A program made the position numbers and the translations under genes. The notes under the pieces are model-generated. The model saw only the letters and a list, made by a program, of their open reading frames with translations. It had not been told where the DNA came from and ran no database searches. From Candidatus Bathyarchaeia archaeon (GTDB lineage Archaea; Thermoproteota; Bathyarchaeia; Bathyarchaeales; Bathycorpusculaceae): a stretch of DNA of 64,000 nucleotides. Numbering within the stretch: the stretch's first letter is position 1; each line of letters opens with the position of its first letter. Where the stretch lies: NCBI GenBank assembly GCA_049516875.1, contig JBEKSS010000007.1, forward strand, positions 160,001-224,000, given 5' to 3'. This document shows, piece after piece, positions 40,405 through 50,207 of the stretch.

Positions 40405-41037
40405 TTGAGAAACAAAGTATCCGTAGGCGAGTATCTCGCCTTTCTTTCTTTGAAGTATGAAGTCGACCCCGATCAGCTTTTTTACGCGTTATGTTTGGCG
40501 TGGAAAAACCTGAAGGCCACGTGTGGAGAGCTTCTTATTCAATGCCGCAACAAGACACCGGATAAGGCGGTGTTCCTGATGACCAAAGACTCAAAGGTTG
40601 TTTCTCAGTTTCCGATACCGAAAGAGTTTCTTCTGGAGAAAGACAACCCGATCAGGCGTCAGCAAAGAGCTGAAATGTTCGGGAGACGCGCAATCAAGAA
40701 GCCCGAGCTGGCTTATTCTTTCCAAGTAAAGGATCTGAGGGTTGGAATGAAAAAAATCAACTTGACAGCCAAAGTATTGGAAATACCGAAGCCTACCTTC
40801 GTGTTTACGAGGTTTGGCAACTACGCTAGCGTAGCCAACGCCTCTGTGGCTGACGAAACAGGCACGGTGAAATTATGCCTGTGGAATGAGCAGATAGACG
40901 CCGTTTCAACCGGGGACATGATTCATATAGAGAATGCTCACATGTCCCTTTTTAGGGGCGAACGGCAGCTGAGGATAGGGAAGAACGGGAAACTCAACAT
41001 CGTGGAGAAAATCGGCCCTGCAAAACTGCAGAATTAA
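40405..41037 (+). CDS. SSB/RPA OB-fold protein with N-terminal extension
   Basis: VKDL..G, ADETGTVKL.LW, GD.I.IENA, FRGE.QL.IGK.G. Confidence 0.8.
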   Translation: MRNKVSVGEYLAFLSLKYEVDPDQLFYALCLAWKNLKATCGELLIQCRNKTPDKAVFLMTKDSKVVSQFPIPKEFLLEKDNPIRRQQRAEMFGRRAIKKPELAYSFQVKDLRVGMKKINLTAKVLEIPKPTFVFTRFGNYASVANASVADETGTVKLCLWNEQIDAVSTGDMIHIENAHMSLFRGERQLRIGKNGKLNIVEKIGPAKLQN

Positions 41038-41194
41038 AGGGCTTACCGCCGATGTATGTTTGATTCGTTGTTTCGAGGAAATTCTTGTGATTTGATTTGT
41101 ATTCCTGTGGTTGAGAACGACGGGGAAGTGTTCTTGTGGTAAACGTGTGCTTCTTTGAATCGGAGCAGGCTTTGATGAGGCAAGCCTGGGCGGC

Positions 41195-41863
41195 TTAGTC
41201 TCTGCTTGCCAGTATCACGATGTAGTCAGCTGTGTCTGCGCACATGTCGGCGGCTTGTTCGAGGAATTCAATCAGGTCGTCGAATATCACCATGGCGCCG
41301 ATGTTCATTTGTTGTCCATACTTGATGAATGATGCCTTGGTTTTGAGGTAGTCTTCGTCGATTTTGTGTTCGATTTCTTCAACCTTTTCGGCACCTGCTA
41401 TGGCTTCAGCCGGGGCTACTGTGATTTTTTCTATGCAGCCACGGAGGGCTTGGGCGCAGTCTACTAGTAGAGAGGTCATGTGCACGGTCTTCTCGTAGAG
41501 TTCCTGTGGGAGCCGAGTGTCTGCAAGCATTTCCATGCATCGTGCCGCGTCTTTCACGTGGTCGGCGAGGGTGTCGAGCCTTTTTACGAGGTGGAGCAGG
41601 TCTTCTCGGTAATCAGCGAATAGTGCTGCGCCCTTGGATAGTTCCTTGAAGACCTCTGTTCGAAGGTTATCAACTTCTTCTTCCTCTTTGAAAAGGTTCT
41701 CGATGCGTTGTATTCCTTCTTTTTCGTGTCCTTCTGAAATGCTTCGCATCGCTTGATTAAGAAGGGTTACGGTGTCGAGGGCCTTCGTTATCTGATCCTG
41801 AGCCAAGTCTAAGGCTTTGGTTCTGCGGCGCCTTTCAAACCAAGCATAACTTCGTTTTTCCAT
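41195..41863 (-). CDS. DUF47 / PhoU-like phosphate transport regulator
   Basis: Two EE..D repeats, REDLL.L...LD..AD, E..AD...D.AD. Confidence 0.85.
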   Translation of the reverse strand: MEKRSYAWFERRRRTKALDLAQDQITKALDTVTLLNQAMRSISEGHEKEGIQRIENLFKEEEEVDNLRTEVFKELSKGAALFADYREDLLHLVKRLDTLADHVKDAARCMEMLADTRLPQELYEKTVHMTSLLVDCAQALRGCIEKITVAPAEAIAGAEKVEEIEHKIDEDYLKTKASFIKYGQQMNIGAMVIFDDLIEFLEQAADMCADTADYIVILASRD

Positions 41864-41975
41864 GCTTGTATCTCCATTTACAATATTTTTGGCGCGTTCG
41901 CTTATAACCTTTCCCAGAACCTGCAGAGCGATGTCGCCCTGGGATTACGTGCATGCGACTTCAGTTTCGGCGTTT

Positions 41976-42104
41976 ATGTTGGGGTTTGAGGCCTTGTGTT
42001 TGAGTACTCAATTCGTGATTTCTTTGAGTGTCAAAACGATGTTGAAGTATGTTGGTTTCATGCTTCTGTTTGCTCAATTCGTGATTTTTTTGAGGCTCAG
42101 AAAA
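41976..42104 (-). repeat. Dispersed ~127-bp element, copy 2 (inverted)
   Basis: 41999-42037 is the exact reverse complement of 36635-36673. Confidence 0.85.
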
Positions 42105-42334
42105 TGTGTGCTGTGGTGACGGTGGGTTGATGTTTTTTGTGGGCAGGCTAGGCAGAACGATTCTGAGCTGGACTTTTTTGGAACTGGAATGGGATCCTGG
42201 ATTGGTTGTGGTTGATGCTTTGTTTGCGTTACATCTTTTGTTTCCGTGTTTTTCGCTTGTAGAGAAAATGGTGGATGAGAAGGGAGATCGCTCCTCTGGA
42301 TAACGCGGTGTAGCGCGCGCACGTGCTGAGGCTT

Positions 42335-42796
42335 TCATGAGTTGTCGTTCTTTTCTTCCAGCCAGTAGGCCTTTTTTTCTCCTTGTTTGGTCAGCACGTG
42401 TTCCTTCTTGAAAATGGGGGCTTGGTTCTTGTATCTTTCGACGGCTTCTTCTAGGACAGGGAAGATGTTTTGGCGATGGGAGCCTGCGACCAAGACGTAC
42501 ACTAGGTCTTCGCCGACGTTGAACTCTCCCAGTAAATGGTGGATTTGAACGTCTGTTATTCCCGGTTTTTTTCGCAGGTCGTCGCAGATATTCGTCAGTG
42601 TTTGATTTGCTTTTTCTTCATAGGCTTCCAGTTCCAGTTTCTGAACTTTTTCGCCTTTCTTCGCTTCTCCCCGGACGATTCCGATGAACAGTGTGATTGC
42701 TCCGGCCTTTTTGAAGCTGGGTTCGTTCTTGACGTTGTTTATCATGTCAAGAAGAGAGAATGTTCCTTTTTGATGTACTCCCGCTCGGTTCATCAT
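42335..42796 (-). CDS. moaE: Molybdopterin synthase catalytic subunit
   Basis: GAI..F.GIVR, LE.EAYE, H..G...VGE, HR, PIFKKE. Confidence 0.9.
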   Translation of the reverse strand: MMNRAGVHQKGTFSLLDMINNVKNEPSFKKAGAITLFIGIVRGEAKKGEKVQKLELEAYEEKANQTLTNICDDLRKKPGITDVQIHHLLGEFNVGEDLVYVLVAGSHRQNIFPVLEEAVERYKNQAPIFKKEHVLTKQGEKKAYWLEEKNDNS

Positions 42797-42848
42797 GATG
42801 GCACCAGACTGTTTTTTGTTGGCTTCGTGAGATATATGTTCTGTTTGG

Positions 42849-43883
42849 TCAGGTTGTCTTTATGTATTTGCGCATGTCCTCTGGCGTGGCGGAAGGTACC
42901 GGTAGGTCCTTCATCGTGAATAACCCGGCTGGTGCGTTGATTACTTTGGGAATTGCGTTGACGATGACGGCTACTGTTCCTGTGTCACCGTGGACGCATG
43001 GCTGGATTTTCTGGTTTATGTTTGGAACGCCTTTGATTGTTATGGCGTCGTATTCTTCTTCGGCGCCTATGTACGCTTGGAAATCCAGAGCTATCACTTC
43101 TCTGTTTTTCATTATGCCCTTTGCTTTCTGTTTCAGACCGGCCACTTTTCCCACATTGACTTTTATGTCCTTGCTTTCAACAGCCTTCTTAGCTATTACT
43201 GGCTCAACGGACTGAACGAGTATCCTGTCAAGCTTCCACGCTAGGGCGTTGGCGATCATGGCGATGGACTGTTCGAGGCCTACGTGTCCAGTGATCTGCT
43301 TCTTCTCGATTTTCTGTTGAAATTCTTCGACGGTCAATCCTGCTCCTATCTTTTTCTGAAACGGCAGACGCCTTGTTCCAGCGTTCATAACTCTTGTGAC
43401 CTCGATTTTTTCTATCTTTTCGCAAGCAGAAGTGAGTGTCAAGACTAACGTGTCCATCAGAAATCCAGGGTTTATCCCTGCACCTAAGACCGTTGCGTCA
43501 TGCTTCTTAGCTAGGGCGTCGAGTTTTTCTGCGAGTTTGGGTTCAGAAACATATGGGTAAGACAGCTCTTCGCATGTGGAAACGACGTTTACGCCGTGTT
43601 TCAGGATGGAGGCTATTTGTGGATATGTGTCTTTAAGGAAGGATGAGGTTGCGTGGATGGCGATGTCCACCCTTGTCTTCTGGAGCACGGATTCAAGGTT
43701 TTCTGAAATCTTGATTCCGACTTTATGTTTCAGGCCCAAGACTTCGCCTAGGTCTTTTCCGACCTTATCCTTGGCTACGTCCACTGCGCCGACTATTTCT
43801 ACTCCTTCTTTTTCCAGCAAGAACTTGGTGATGAACCCGCCGACGGCACCGATTCCGTATGATATTGCCTTTATCTTTTCCAT
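42849..43883 (-). CDS. 2,4-diaminopentanoate dehydrogenase-like (DapB-N) oxidoreductase
   Basis: YGIGAVG, NVVSTCEEL.YP, G.GINPGFLMD, GHVGL..S, GD.GT. Confidence 0.75.
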   Translation of the reverse strand: MEKIKAISYGIGAVGGFITKFLLEKEGVEIVGAVDVAKDKVGKDLGEVLGLKHKVGIKISENLESVLQKTRVDIAIHATSSFLKDTYPQIASILKHGVNVVSTCEELSYPYVSEPKLAEKLDALAKKHDATVLGAGINPGFLMDTLVLTLTSACEKIEKIEVTRVMNAGTRRLPFQKKIGAGLTVEEFQQKIEKKQITGHVGLEQSIAMIANALAWKLDRILVQSVEPVIAKKAVESKDIKVNVGKVAGLKQKAKGIMKNREVIALDFQAYIGAEEEYDAITIKGVPNINQKIQPCVHGDTGTVAVIVNAIPKVINAPAGLFTMKDLPVPSATPEDMRKYIKTT

Positions 43884-44039
43884 GAATGTCTCGTCCCCTT
43901 CGGAGGTTATGTCATATTCGGGTTTGACCCTATAAAAGTGTGTTTGAGGCAGCGCTTGATTTGGATGTTCATTTAAAACCTTTACGTTTGTAAACTTTTA
44001 TATGTATGGCATCGCCCAATACTGCAGAGGGCACAAGGC

Positions 44040-45482
44040 TTGGAAACCTCAGGAACTGCTGTCTCAAAACAAGTTCTTCAAAGGATTCTGGATGCCGACA
44101 AACTCAAGTACTGCTTCGAATGCGGCATATGCACGGCCAGCTGTTCCATGGCTGAGATGCTTGGAAACGACTACAACCCCCGGGGGCTTCTTGAACAGAT
44201 TTATCTGAGCCCTGAGACCGTGCTGAGCTCAGACGAGCTTTGGCTGTGCGCTTGGTGTTATCGCTGCCAGAAGCGTTGTCCCCAGGCTCTGAAACTGCCT
44301 GAAATATTCCTAACCATTCGGTCAATCGCTAAGGAACAGGGCAACACTAAGCCTTTTGAAAAGGCCCTCCAAAAAATCGTTAAGAACATTCCTCTCCCGC
44401 TAGTCACAACATTGGTTTGCTTCCACCCAGAACGTGCTGGGCTGGAAAACGAGAAGGTGCTGGAAAAGATTGGGCAGATTCGCGGAGAATGGCTTAAGAC
44501 CAAGAAAGCCGACAGATCAACGAGGGCGGCAGAAAAGGTCGCAGTCATAGGCTCCGGACCTGCGGGACTTACAGTTGCGTATGAATTGAGCAAGAAGGGA
44601 TATGCAGTCACCCTTTTTGAAGCCCTTCCAGAACTCGGCGGAATGCTGAGAAAGTGCATACCTGAGTATCGTTTGCCCAAGAAGGTTTTGAACGAGGAGA
44701 TCCAGTTCATAAAGGACTTGGGCGTCGAAGTCAAAACGGGTACGGAAGTTGGCAAGGATGTTTGTTTTGAGGACTTTCAGAAGGAGGGTTATAAGGCCGT
44801 TTTTGTTGGTGCTGGTGCCCATAAGAGTCAAAGACTGAGGGTTGAAGGCGGAGATTTGAACGGGGTAACTCACGCTCTTGACTTTTTGTGGAGTTCAAAT
44901 TCTGGCAAGAAGATGGAAATCGGCAAGAACGTTGTCGTTGTCGGTGGCGGAAACGTTGCTATTGATGCTGCAAGAACTGCTCTGTGCCAGAGTGCAAAAG
45001 ACGTGACGATACTTTATCGTCGGTCAAGAGAGGAGATGCCGGCAAACATGTGGGAGGTCAAGGAGGCAGAGGCTGAAGGCGTCAAAATCGAGTTTTTGGT
45101 TTCGCCTAAGAGGATTTTGGGCGAGAAGGGAAGGGTTTCTGCCATAGAGTGTGTTCGCATGCAACTGGGCGAGCCGGACGAGACTGGCAGGAGAAAAGCG
45201 GTTCCTTTGGAGGGTTCGGAGTTTAAGCGGGAGACCGATATGGTGATTCTTGCGATAGGCGAGGTTCCTGACTTAAGGTTTTTGCCGAAGGAGATTGAGC
45301 TGAACGATGATGGCACGGTTTGGGTTAACCCGATAACGATGGAAACCAGTCTGTTAGGTGTTTTTGCGGGTGGAGACGCGGTGACGGGGCCTGCGTCGGT
45401 GATTGAAGCGATTAGAGATGGAAAGCGTGCCGCAGAATCAATTGAGTGTTACTTGAAGTCTGAGGGGAGGGCTAAGCAATGA
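44040..45482 (+). CDS. HdrC-like 2[4Fe-4S] domain fused to a GltD/NfnB-like FAD/NAD(P) oxidoreductase
   Basis: CFECGICTASC, LWLCAWCYRCQKRCP, then GSGPAG, IPEYRLP, GGGNVA.D.AR, YRRS, FAGGD. Confidence 0.8.
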   Translation: METSGTAVSKQVLQRILDADKLKYCFECGICTASCSMAEMLGNDYNPRGLLEQIYLSPETVLSSDELWLCAWCYRCQKRCPQALKLPEIFLTIRSIAKEQGNTKPFEKALQKIVKNIPLPLVTTLVCFHPERAGLENEKVLEKIGQIRGEWLKTKKADRSTRAAEKVAVIGSGPAGLTVAYELSKKGYAVTLFEALPELGGMLRKCIPEYRLPKKVLNEEIQFIKDLGVEVKTGTEVGKDVCFEDFQKEGYKAVFVGAGAHKSQRLRVEGGDLNGVTHALDFLWSSNSGKKMEIGKNVVVVGGGNVAIDAARTALCQSAKDVTILYRRSREEMPANMWEVKEAEAEGVKIEFLVSPKRILGEKGRVSAIECVRMQLGEPDETGRRKAVPLEGSEFKRETDMVILAIGEVPDLRFLPKEIELNDDGTVWVNPITMETSLLGVFAGGDAVTGPASVIEAIRDGKRAAESIECYLKSEGRAKQ

Positions 45483-47914
45483 CGGAGAAGAAGGAATCAC
45501 AGCCAAAGCAGGATGGACAGGTTCGCATCGGAGTCTACGTTTGTCACTGCGGCTTGAACATCGCGGGTTCGGTGGACTGTGAGGAGGTTGCCAAGTATGC
45601 TGCGACCTTGCCGAATGTTGTTTTGGCTCAGGACAATCGGTACACGTGTTCAGATCAGGGGCAGGCTGGGATAAAAAAGGATATTCAAGAGCAAAAGCTG
45701 AATCGCGTTGTGGTGGCATCATGTTCTCCCCGTCTTCACGAACCGACGTTTAGGAAGGCGTGTGAAGATGCCGGTTTGAACAAATATCTTTTTGAAATGG
45801 CTAACATCCGTGAACATTGCAGCTGGGTTCACCTGTACGATAAAGAAGCGGCCACGGAGAAGGCCAAGGACCTTGTGAAAATGGCTGTGGCCAAGGCTGC
45901 CCTGCTTGAGCCGGCGGTTGAGGCTGAGGTGCCGATCATTCGGAAAGCCTTGGTTATCGGCGGCGGCGTGGCCGGCATTCAAGCGGCTTTGGATCTTGCT
46001 GACACTGGTTACAAGGTGTACTTGGTTGAGAAGGAACCCAGCATTGGCGGGATGATGGCGAGGATCGACAAGACTTTCCCGACGATGGACTGTTCTATAT
46101 GCATTCTTGCGCCCAAGATGTCCGATGCGGGCCATCATCCAAACATTGAGCTCTTGACGAACAGTGAAGTTGCTGAAGTGAAGGGTTACATCGGCAACTT
46201 CCATGTAAAAGTGTCGAGGAAACCACGGTACGTGACAAAGGATTGTTCGGCTTGCGGAGACTGTGTGAAGGTCTGTCCTATCGTGACTCCGAACGAGTTC
46301 GACGTGGGTTTGGCAGTGAGGCATGGTATTTACACGCCTTTCGCTCAGGCTGTTCCGTCAACGTACATTATCGACATGAACTTGTGCCTCAACAAGGAAG
46401 GCGTCATCGTTTGTGACAAGTGCTTGAAGGCTTGTGAGAGGCAGGCGATAAGCTTCGAGATGAAGCCTGTGACCGAAGAGCTTGAGGTGGGTACGATAAT
46501 CGTGGCGACTGGAGCAGACGTGTTTGACCCCTCGGTCCTGCCTAACTACGGGTACGGCAAGATTCCGAACGTGATCACGTCTCTTGAGTTTGAAAGGTTA
46601 ATCAACGCTGGCGGGCCATCGGGCGGCCATTTGATAAGGCCTAGTGACAAGCAAATTCCCAAACGTGTGACTTTCGTTCAGTGCGTCGGTTCACGGTCGG
46701 ACAAGAGTGGAAGATTGTACTGTAGCAATGTCTGTTGCATGAACACGATTAAGGACAGCTTGTTGATTAAGGAACATTGGCCCGACACCGAGATCTACGT
46801 CTTTTACGTTGACATAAGAGCTTACGGCAAAGGTTTCGAGGACTTGTACAAGCGGGCTAGAAATGCAGGCGTGGTGTTCATCCGCGGACTACCAGCCGAG
46901 ATTATCGAGGACAGGAAAACGCATAACGTGTGGCTCATAGGCGAGAACACTCTGAGGAAGGAAGTGTACAGGATAAACGCGGACATGGTCATTCTCTCGA
47001 TAGGCTTAGAGGCAAGAAAAGACAGCGAGATGATTCAGCGTCTGCTGACGCTTTCAAGGAACCAAGATGGTTTCTTCTTGGAAGCACATCCGAAGCTTAG
47101 GCCTGTTGACGCGGCTACGGGCGGGGTTTTCTTTGCTGGTTGTGCTGAATCTCCCAAGGACATAAAAGACAGTGTGACTCAGGCCAGTGCAGCAGCAGGT
47201 CGTGCGGGCATCTTGATGGCAAAGGGACACGTGACTGTTGAAGCCATCACGCCCATAACTTATCCTGATAAGTGCAAGGCTTGTGGACTCTGCGTGAAGG
47301 TCTGCCCGTACAACGCGATAAGTTTGAACAAGGATTTGAAAAGAATAGAAGTCATTGAAGCAGCGTGCGGCGGCTGTGGCACATGCGCTGCAGAGTGCAA
47401 CTTCGGCGCCTTGACCCAAAAGCATTTCACAGACGAGCAGATAACGGCCCAGATAGACGCTATCACGGAGAATGAACCGGAGAAGAAGATCGTTGCTTTC
47501 TGTTGCAACTGGTGTTCATACGCTGGCGCGGACTTTGCGGGGGTCAGTAGAATGCAGTACCCGCCGAACGCACGGATCATAAGGACGATGTGTTCTGGAC
47601 GCGTTGCTCAGAAGTTTGTTGAGAGGGCTTTTGCAAGAGGAGCGGCGAGCGTGCTGGTGTCCGGTTGCCACCTAGGCGACTGCCACTACATTAACGCTAA
47701 TTATCAGACGCAGAAGCGTGTGGAGCGGTTATGGAAGAAGATGGAGCAGAACGGGTTGGACAAGCAGAGGCTGCAGCTTCTGTGGGCTTCAGCGGCAGAA
47801 GGCGAAAGGTTTGCTTCGAAAATGCGTGAGATGAAGACGATAGTAGAGAATGTTAAGCCTGAGGAGATTGAGAAGGCCAAGAAGGTTTTCTCCAAGGCTT
47901 TGGAGGGTGACTAA
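45479..47914 (+). CDS. hdrA: Heterodisulfide reductase A fused to MvhD
   Basis: VCHCG.NI, ANIREHCSWVH, GGGVAG, KTFPT.DC, QCVGSR, two ferredoxin inserts; C-terminal FCCNWCSY, MCSGR, GCH.GDCHY. Confidence 0.92.
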   Translation: MTEKKESQPKQDGQVRIGVYVCHCGLNIAGSVDCEEVAKYAATLPNVVLAQDNRYTCSDQGQAGIKKDIQEQKLNRVVVASCSPRLHEPTFRKACEDAGLNKYLFEMANIREHCSWVHLYDKEAATEKAKDLVKMAVAKAALLEPAVEAEVPIIRKALVIGGGVAGIQAALDLADTGYKVYLVEKEPSIGGMMARIDKTFPTMDCSICILAPKMSDAGHHPNIELLTNSEVAEVKGYIGNFHVKVSRKPRYVTKDCSACGDCVKVCPIVTPNEFDVGLAVRHGIYTPFAQAVPSTYIIDMNLCLNKEGVIVCDKCLKACERQAISFEMKPVTEELEVGTIIVATGADVFDPSVLPNYGYGKIPNVITSLEFERLINAGGPSGGHLIRPSDKQIPKRVTFVQCVGSRSDKSGRLYCSNVCCMNTIKDSLLIKEHWPDTEIYVFYVDIRAYGKGFEDLYKRARNAGVVFIRGLPAEIIEDRKTHNVWLIGENTLRKEVYRINADMVILSIGLEARKDSEMIQRLLTLSRNQDGFFLEAHPKLRPVDAATGGVFFAGCAESPKDIKDSVTQASAAAGRAGILMAKGHVTVEAITPITYPDKCKACGLCVKVCPYNAISLNKDLKRIEVIEAACGGCGTCAAECNFGALTQKHFTDEQITAQIDAITENEPEKKIVAFCCNWCSYAGADFAGVSRMQYPPNARIIRTMCSGRVAQKFVERAFARGAASVLVSGCHLGDCHYINANYQTQKRVERLWKKMEQNGLDKQRLQLLWASAAEGERFASKMREMKTIVENVKPEEIEKAKKVFSKALEGD

Positions 47915-47917
47915 GCT

Positions 47918-48196
47918 ATGCCTGAAAGGATTCGGCATGCTCCACTTGACTTGGAAAAGGTCAAGCCCGCAAAAGCGGAAATTCATCTGATCAAAGATGA
48001 GTGCAAGGGATGCGGTTACTGCATTGAATTCTGTCCGAAGAAGGTTCTAGAAGAATCAGATGAAATAAACGCTAGAGGTGTTCACCCGCCACGAATCGTG
48101 GATGAAAGCAAATGCATAATCTGCAGCTTCTGCAGTGCAGTCTGCCCAGATTTTGCAATTTTCGTGGTTGACAAAGAGAACAAGGAAGGGAAATGA
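47918..48196 (+). CDS. korD: 2-oxoacid:ferredoxin oxidoreductase delta subunit
   Basis: CKGCGYCIEFCP, CIICSFCSAVCPDFAI. Confidence 0.85.
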   Translation: MPERIRHAPLDLEKVKPAKAEIHLIKDECKGCGYCIEFCPKKVLEESDEINARGVHPPRIVDESKCIICSFCSAVCPDFAIFVVDKENKEGK

Positions 48197-48197
48197 T

Positions 48198-49349
48198 ATG
48201 CCCAAAGTGAAGAGTGGTTTAACAGGCGCGCATTTCATGAACGGCGACGTGGCCTGCGCTGAAGGCGCAATAGCGGCTGGTTGCAGATTTTTTGCCGGTT
48301 ACCCGATTACGCCTGCAACAGAAATTGCTGAACACCTGTCTCAGAGGATGCCCGAGTTTGGTGGAATCTACGTACAAATGGAAGACGAAATTGCATCATT
48401 GGCCGCTGTGATCGGCGCTTCCTATTCTGGTTTGAAAGCTATGACCGCCACTTCGGGACCTGGTTTCAGTCTTATGCAAGAAAACATTGGGCTTGCCGTG
48501 ATGACTGAGGCTCCATGCGTGATCGTGGACGTTATGCGTGGAGGGCCGAGCACTGGGCAACCTACATTGCCCGGGCAGCAGGATGTGATGCAGGCCAAGT
48601 GGGGTTCACATGGTGATTATGGAATTATAGCTCTGACGCCCAGTTCGGTTCAGGAGATGTTCGATTTGACCGTTGAAGCCTTCAATCTTTCTGAAGCTTA
48701 CCGTGTTCCGACTTTGCTGATGGGAGACGAGATCGTCGGCCATATGTGGGAGAAAGTGGTGATTCCTTCGGCAGACAAGATAAAGACTGTCAACCGTAAG
48801 AAGCCGAATGTGCCGCCTGAGAAGTACATGCCTTTCAAGCCTGACGACGATTTGGTGCCCCCCATGGCATGCTTCGGAGAAGGATATCATTTCCACGCGA
48901 CGGGCTTGACGCACAATGAGCATGGTTATCCGCGGACGTCAAGTTCCGAAGTCCAATCTAAGCTGGTCAACCGGTTGTGTGACAAGATTCAGAAGAACGC
49001 GGACAAGATAGTCCGGGTTGAAGAGGTCATGCTGGAAGATGCGGACGTTGTAGTCGTAGCTTACGGCATAGTTGCTCGCGCAGCTTTGAGTGCGATTAAA
49101 AAAGCGCGAGAGAAAGGGATCAAAGCGGGGCTTCTGCGATTGATAACCTTATGGCCTTTCCCAGAGGAACAGGTCGCAAAAGCTGCAAAAAGCGCAAAGG
49201 CGATTGTCGTTGCCGAAATGAACTGCGGACAAATGGTGCGAGAAGTTGAAAGAGCCGCAAAAGAGACTCCTGTTGTGTTTCTCTCGAAGTTGGGCGAGGA
49301 ACCTCACACTCCTCTAGAGATCCTTGAGGCGATAAGGAGGAAAAGATAA
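48198..49349 (+). CDS. korA: 2-oxoacid:ferredoxin oxidoreductase alpha subunit
   Basis: FAGYPITP, QMEDE, TATSGPG.SLMQE, RGGPSTG. Confidence 0.9.
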   Translation: MPKVKSGLTGAHFMNGDVACAEGAIAAGCRFFAGYPITPATEIAEHLSQRMPEFGGIYVQMEDEIASLAAVIGASYSGLKAMTATSGPGFSLMQENIGLAVMTEAPCVIVDVMRGGPSTGQPTLPGQQDVMQAKWGSHGDYGIIALTPSSVQEMFDLTVEAFNLSEAYRVPTLLMGDEIVGHMWEKVVIPSADKIKTVNRKKPNVPPEKYMPFKPDDDLVPPMACFGEGYHFHATGLTHNEHGYPRTSSSEVQSKLVNRLCDKIQKNADKIVRVEEVMLEDADVVVVAYGIVARAALSAIKKAREKGIKAGLLRLITLWPFPEEQVAKAAKSAKAIVVAEMNCGQMVREVERAAKETPVVFLSKLGEEPHTPLEILEAIRRKR

Positions 49350-50206
49350 TGGTCCAAGAAACTGTCCCTGTGGTCGTGCATCCGTTTTCAAAGTATTTGA
49401 GAGCCGACATGATGCCGCACATATGGTGCCAGGGCTGCGGCAACGGTGTGCTGTTGAACTGTTTCGTACACGCGTTGGATGAGCTTCAGACGGATTTGAA
49501 CAAGCTAGTCGTTGTCTCAGGCATCGGCTGTATTGGACGAACGGCTGGGTACATGAATGCCGATTCGTTCCACACGACACACGGTCGTGCGTTGGCTTTT
49601 TCGACCGGAGTGAAGCTGGCTAACCCCGAGCTGGAGGTCGTGGTCATAAGTGGTGATGGTGACCTCTTCGCGATAGGCGGGAACCATTTCATACACGCAG
49701 CCAGGAGAAACATTGGAATTAAGGTTCTATGCGCCAACAATCTGAACTATGGTATGACTGGAGGGCAACAGGGTCCTACGACGCCGCTTGAATCGGTAAC
49801 GACTACGAGCCCGTACGGGAACATTGAGCATCCGTTCAACCTTGTGCATTTGGCGGCGGCATCCGGAGCCACATACGTTGCCAGATGGACGTCCTTGCAC
49901 GTGCGCCAGTTGACACAGTCCATTAAGAAGATGTTGCAGAAGGAGGGTTTCTGTTTTGTTGAAATGCTTTCACCTTGCCCTGAAATTTATGGTCGATACA
50001 ACAAGATGCGGTCAGGGCTTGAGATGATGAGCTGGTTCAAGAAGGCTTCAGTTGTTGAAAACTTCTCAGATCCATCCAAAGCAGAGATTACACAGGAGAA
50101 AATAGCGGTGGGCGAATTCGTGGACATTGAAAAACTGAGCTATGAGAAGATGGTGCATGAGAAGATTTCCAAGATTAACGAGAAGGCGATTGAAGGAGTG
50201 AGTTAA
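49349..50206 (+). CDS. korB: 2-oxoacid:ferredoxin oxidoreductase beta subunit
   Basis: WC.GCG, SGIGC, HTTHGR, GDGD..AIGGNH, YGMTGGQ. Confidence 0.9.
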   Translation: MVQETVPVVVHPFSKYLRADMMPHIWCQGCGNGVLLNCFVHALDELQTDLNKLVVVSGIGCIGRTAGYMNADSFHTTHGRALAFSTGVKLANPELEVVVISGDGDLFAIGGNHFIHAARRNIGIKVLCANNLNYGMTGGQQGPTTPLESVTTTSPYGNIEHPFNLVHLAAASGATYVARWTSLHVRQLTQSIKKMLQKEGFCFVEMLSPCPEIYGRYNKMRSGLEMMSWFKKASVVENFSDPSKAEITQEKIAVGEFVDIEKLSYEKMVHEKISKINEKAIEGVS

Positions 50207-50207
50207 C

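Noticed and set aside
41862-42338. Short ORFs across the second repeat copy
   Set aside because: No recognisable protein features; they arise from skewed repeat DNA.
45479-47914. Selenocysteine recoding in HdrA/MvhD
   Set aside because: The frame is open with Cys at the relevant motifs; no in-frame TGA.
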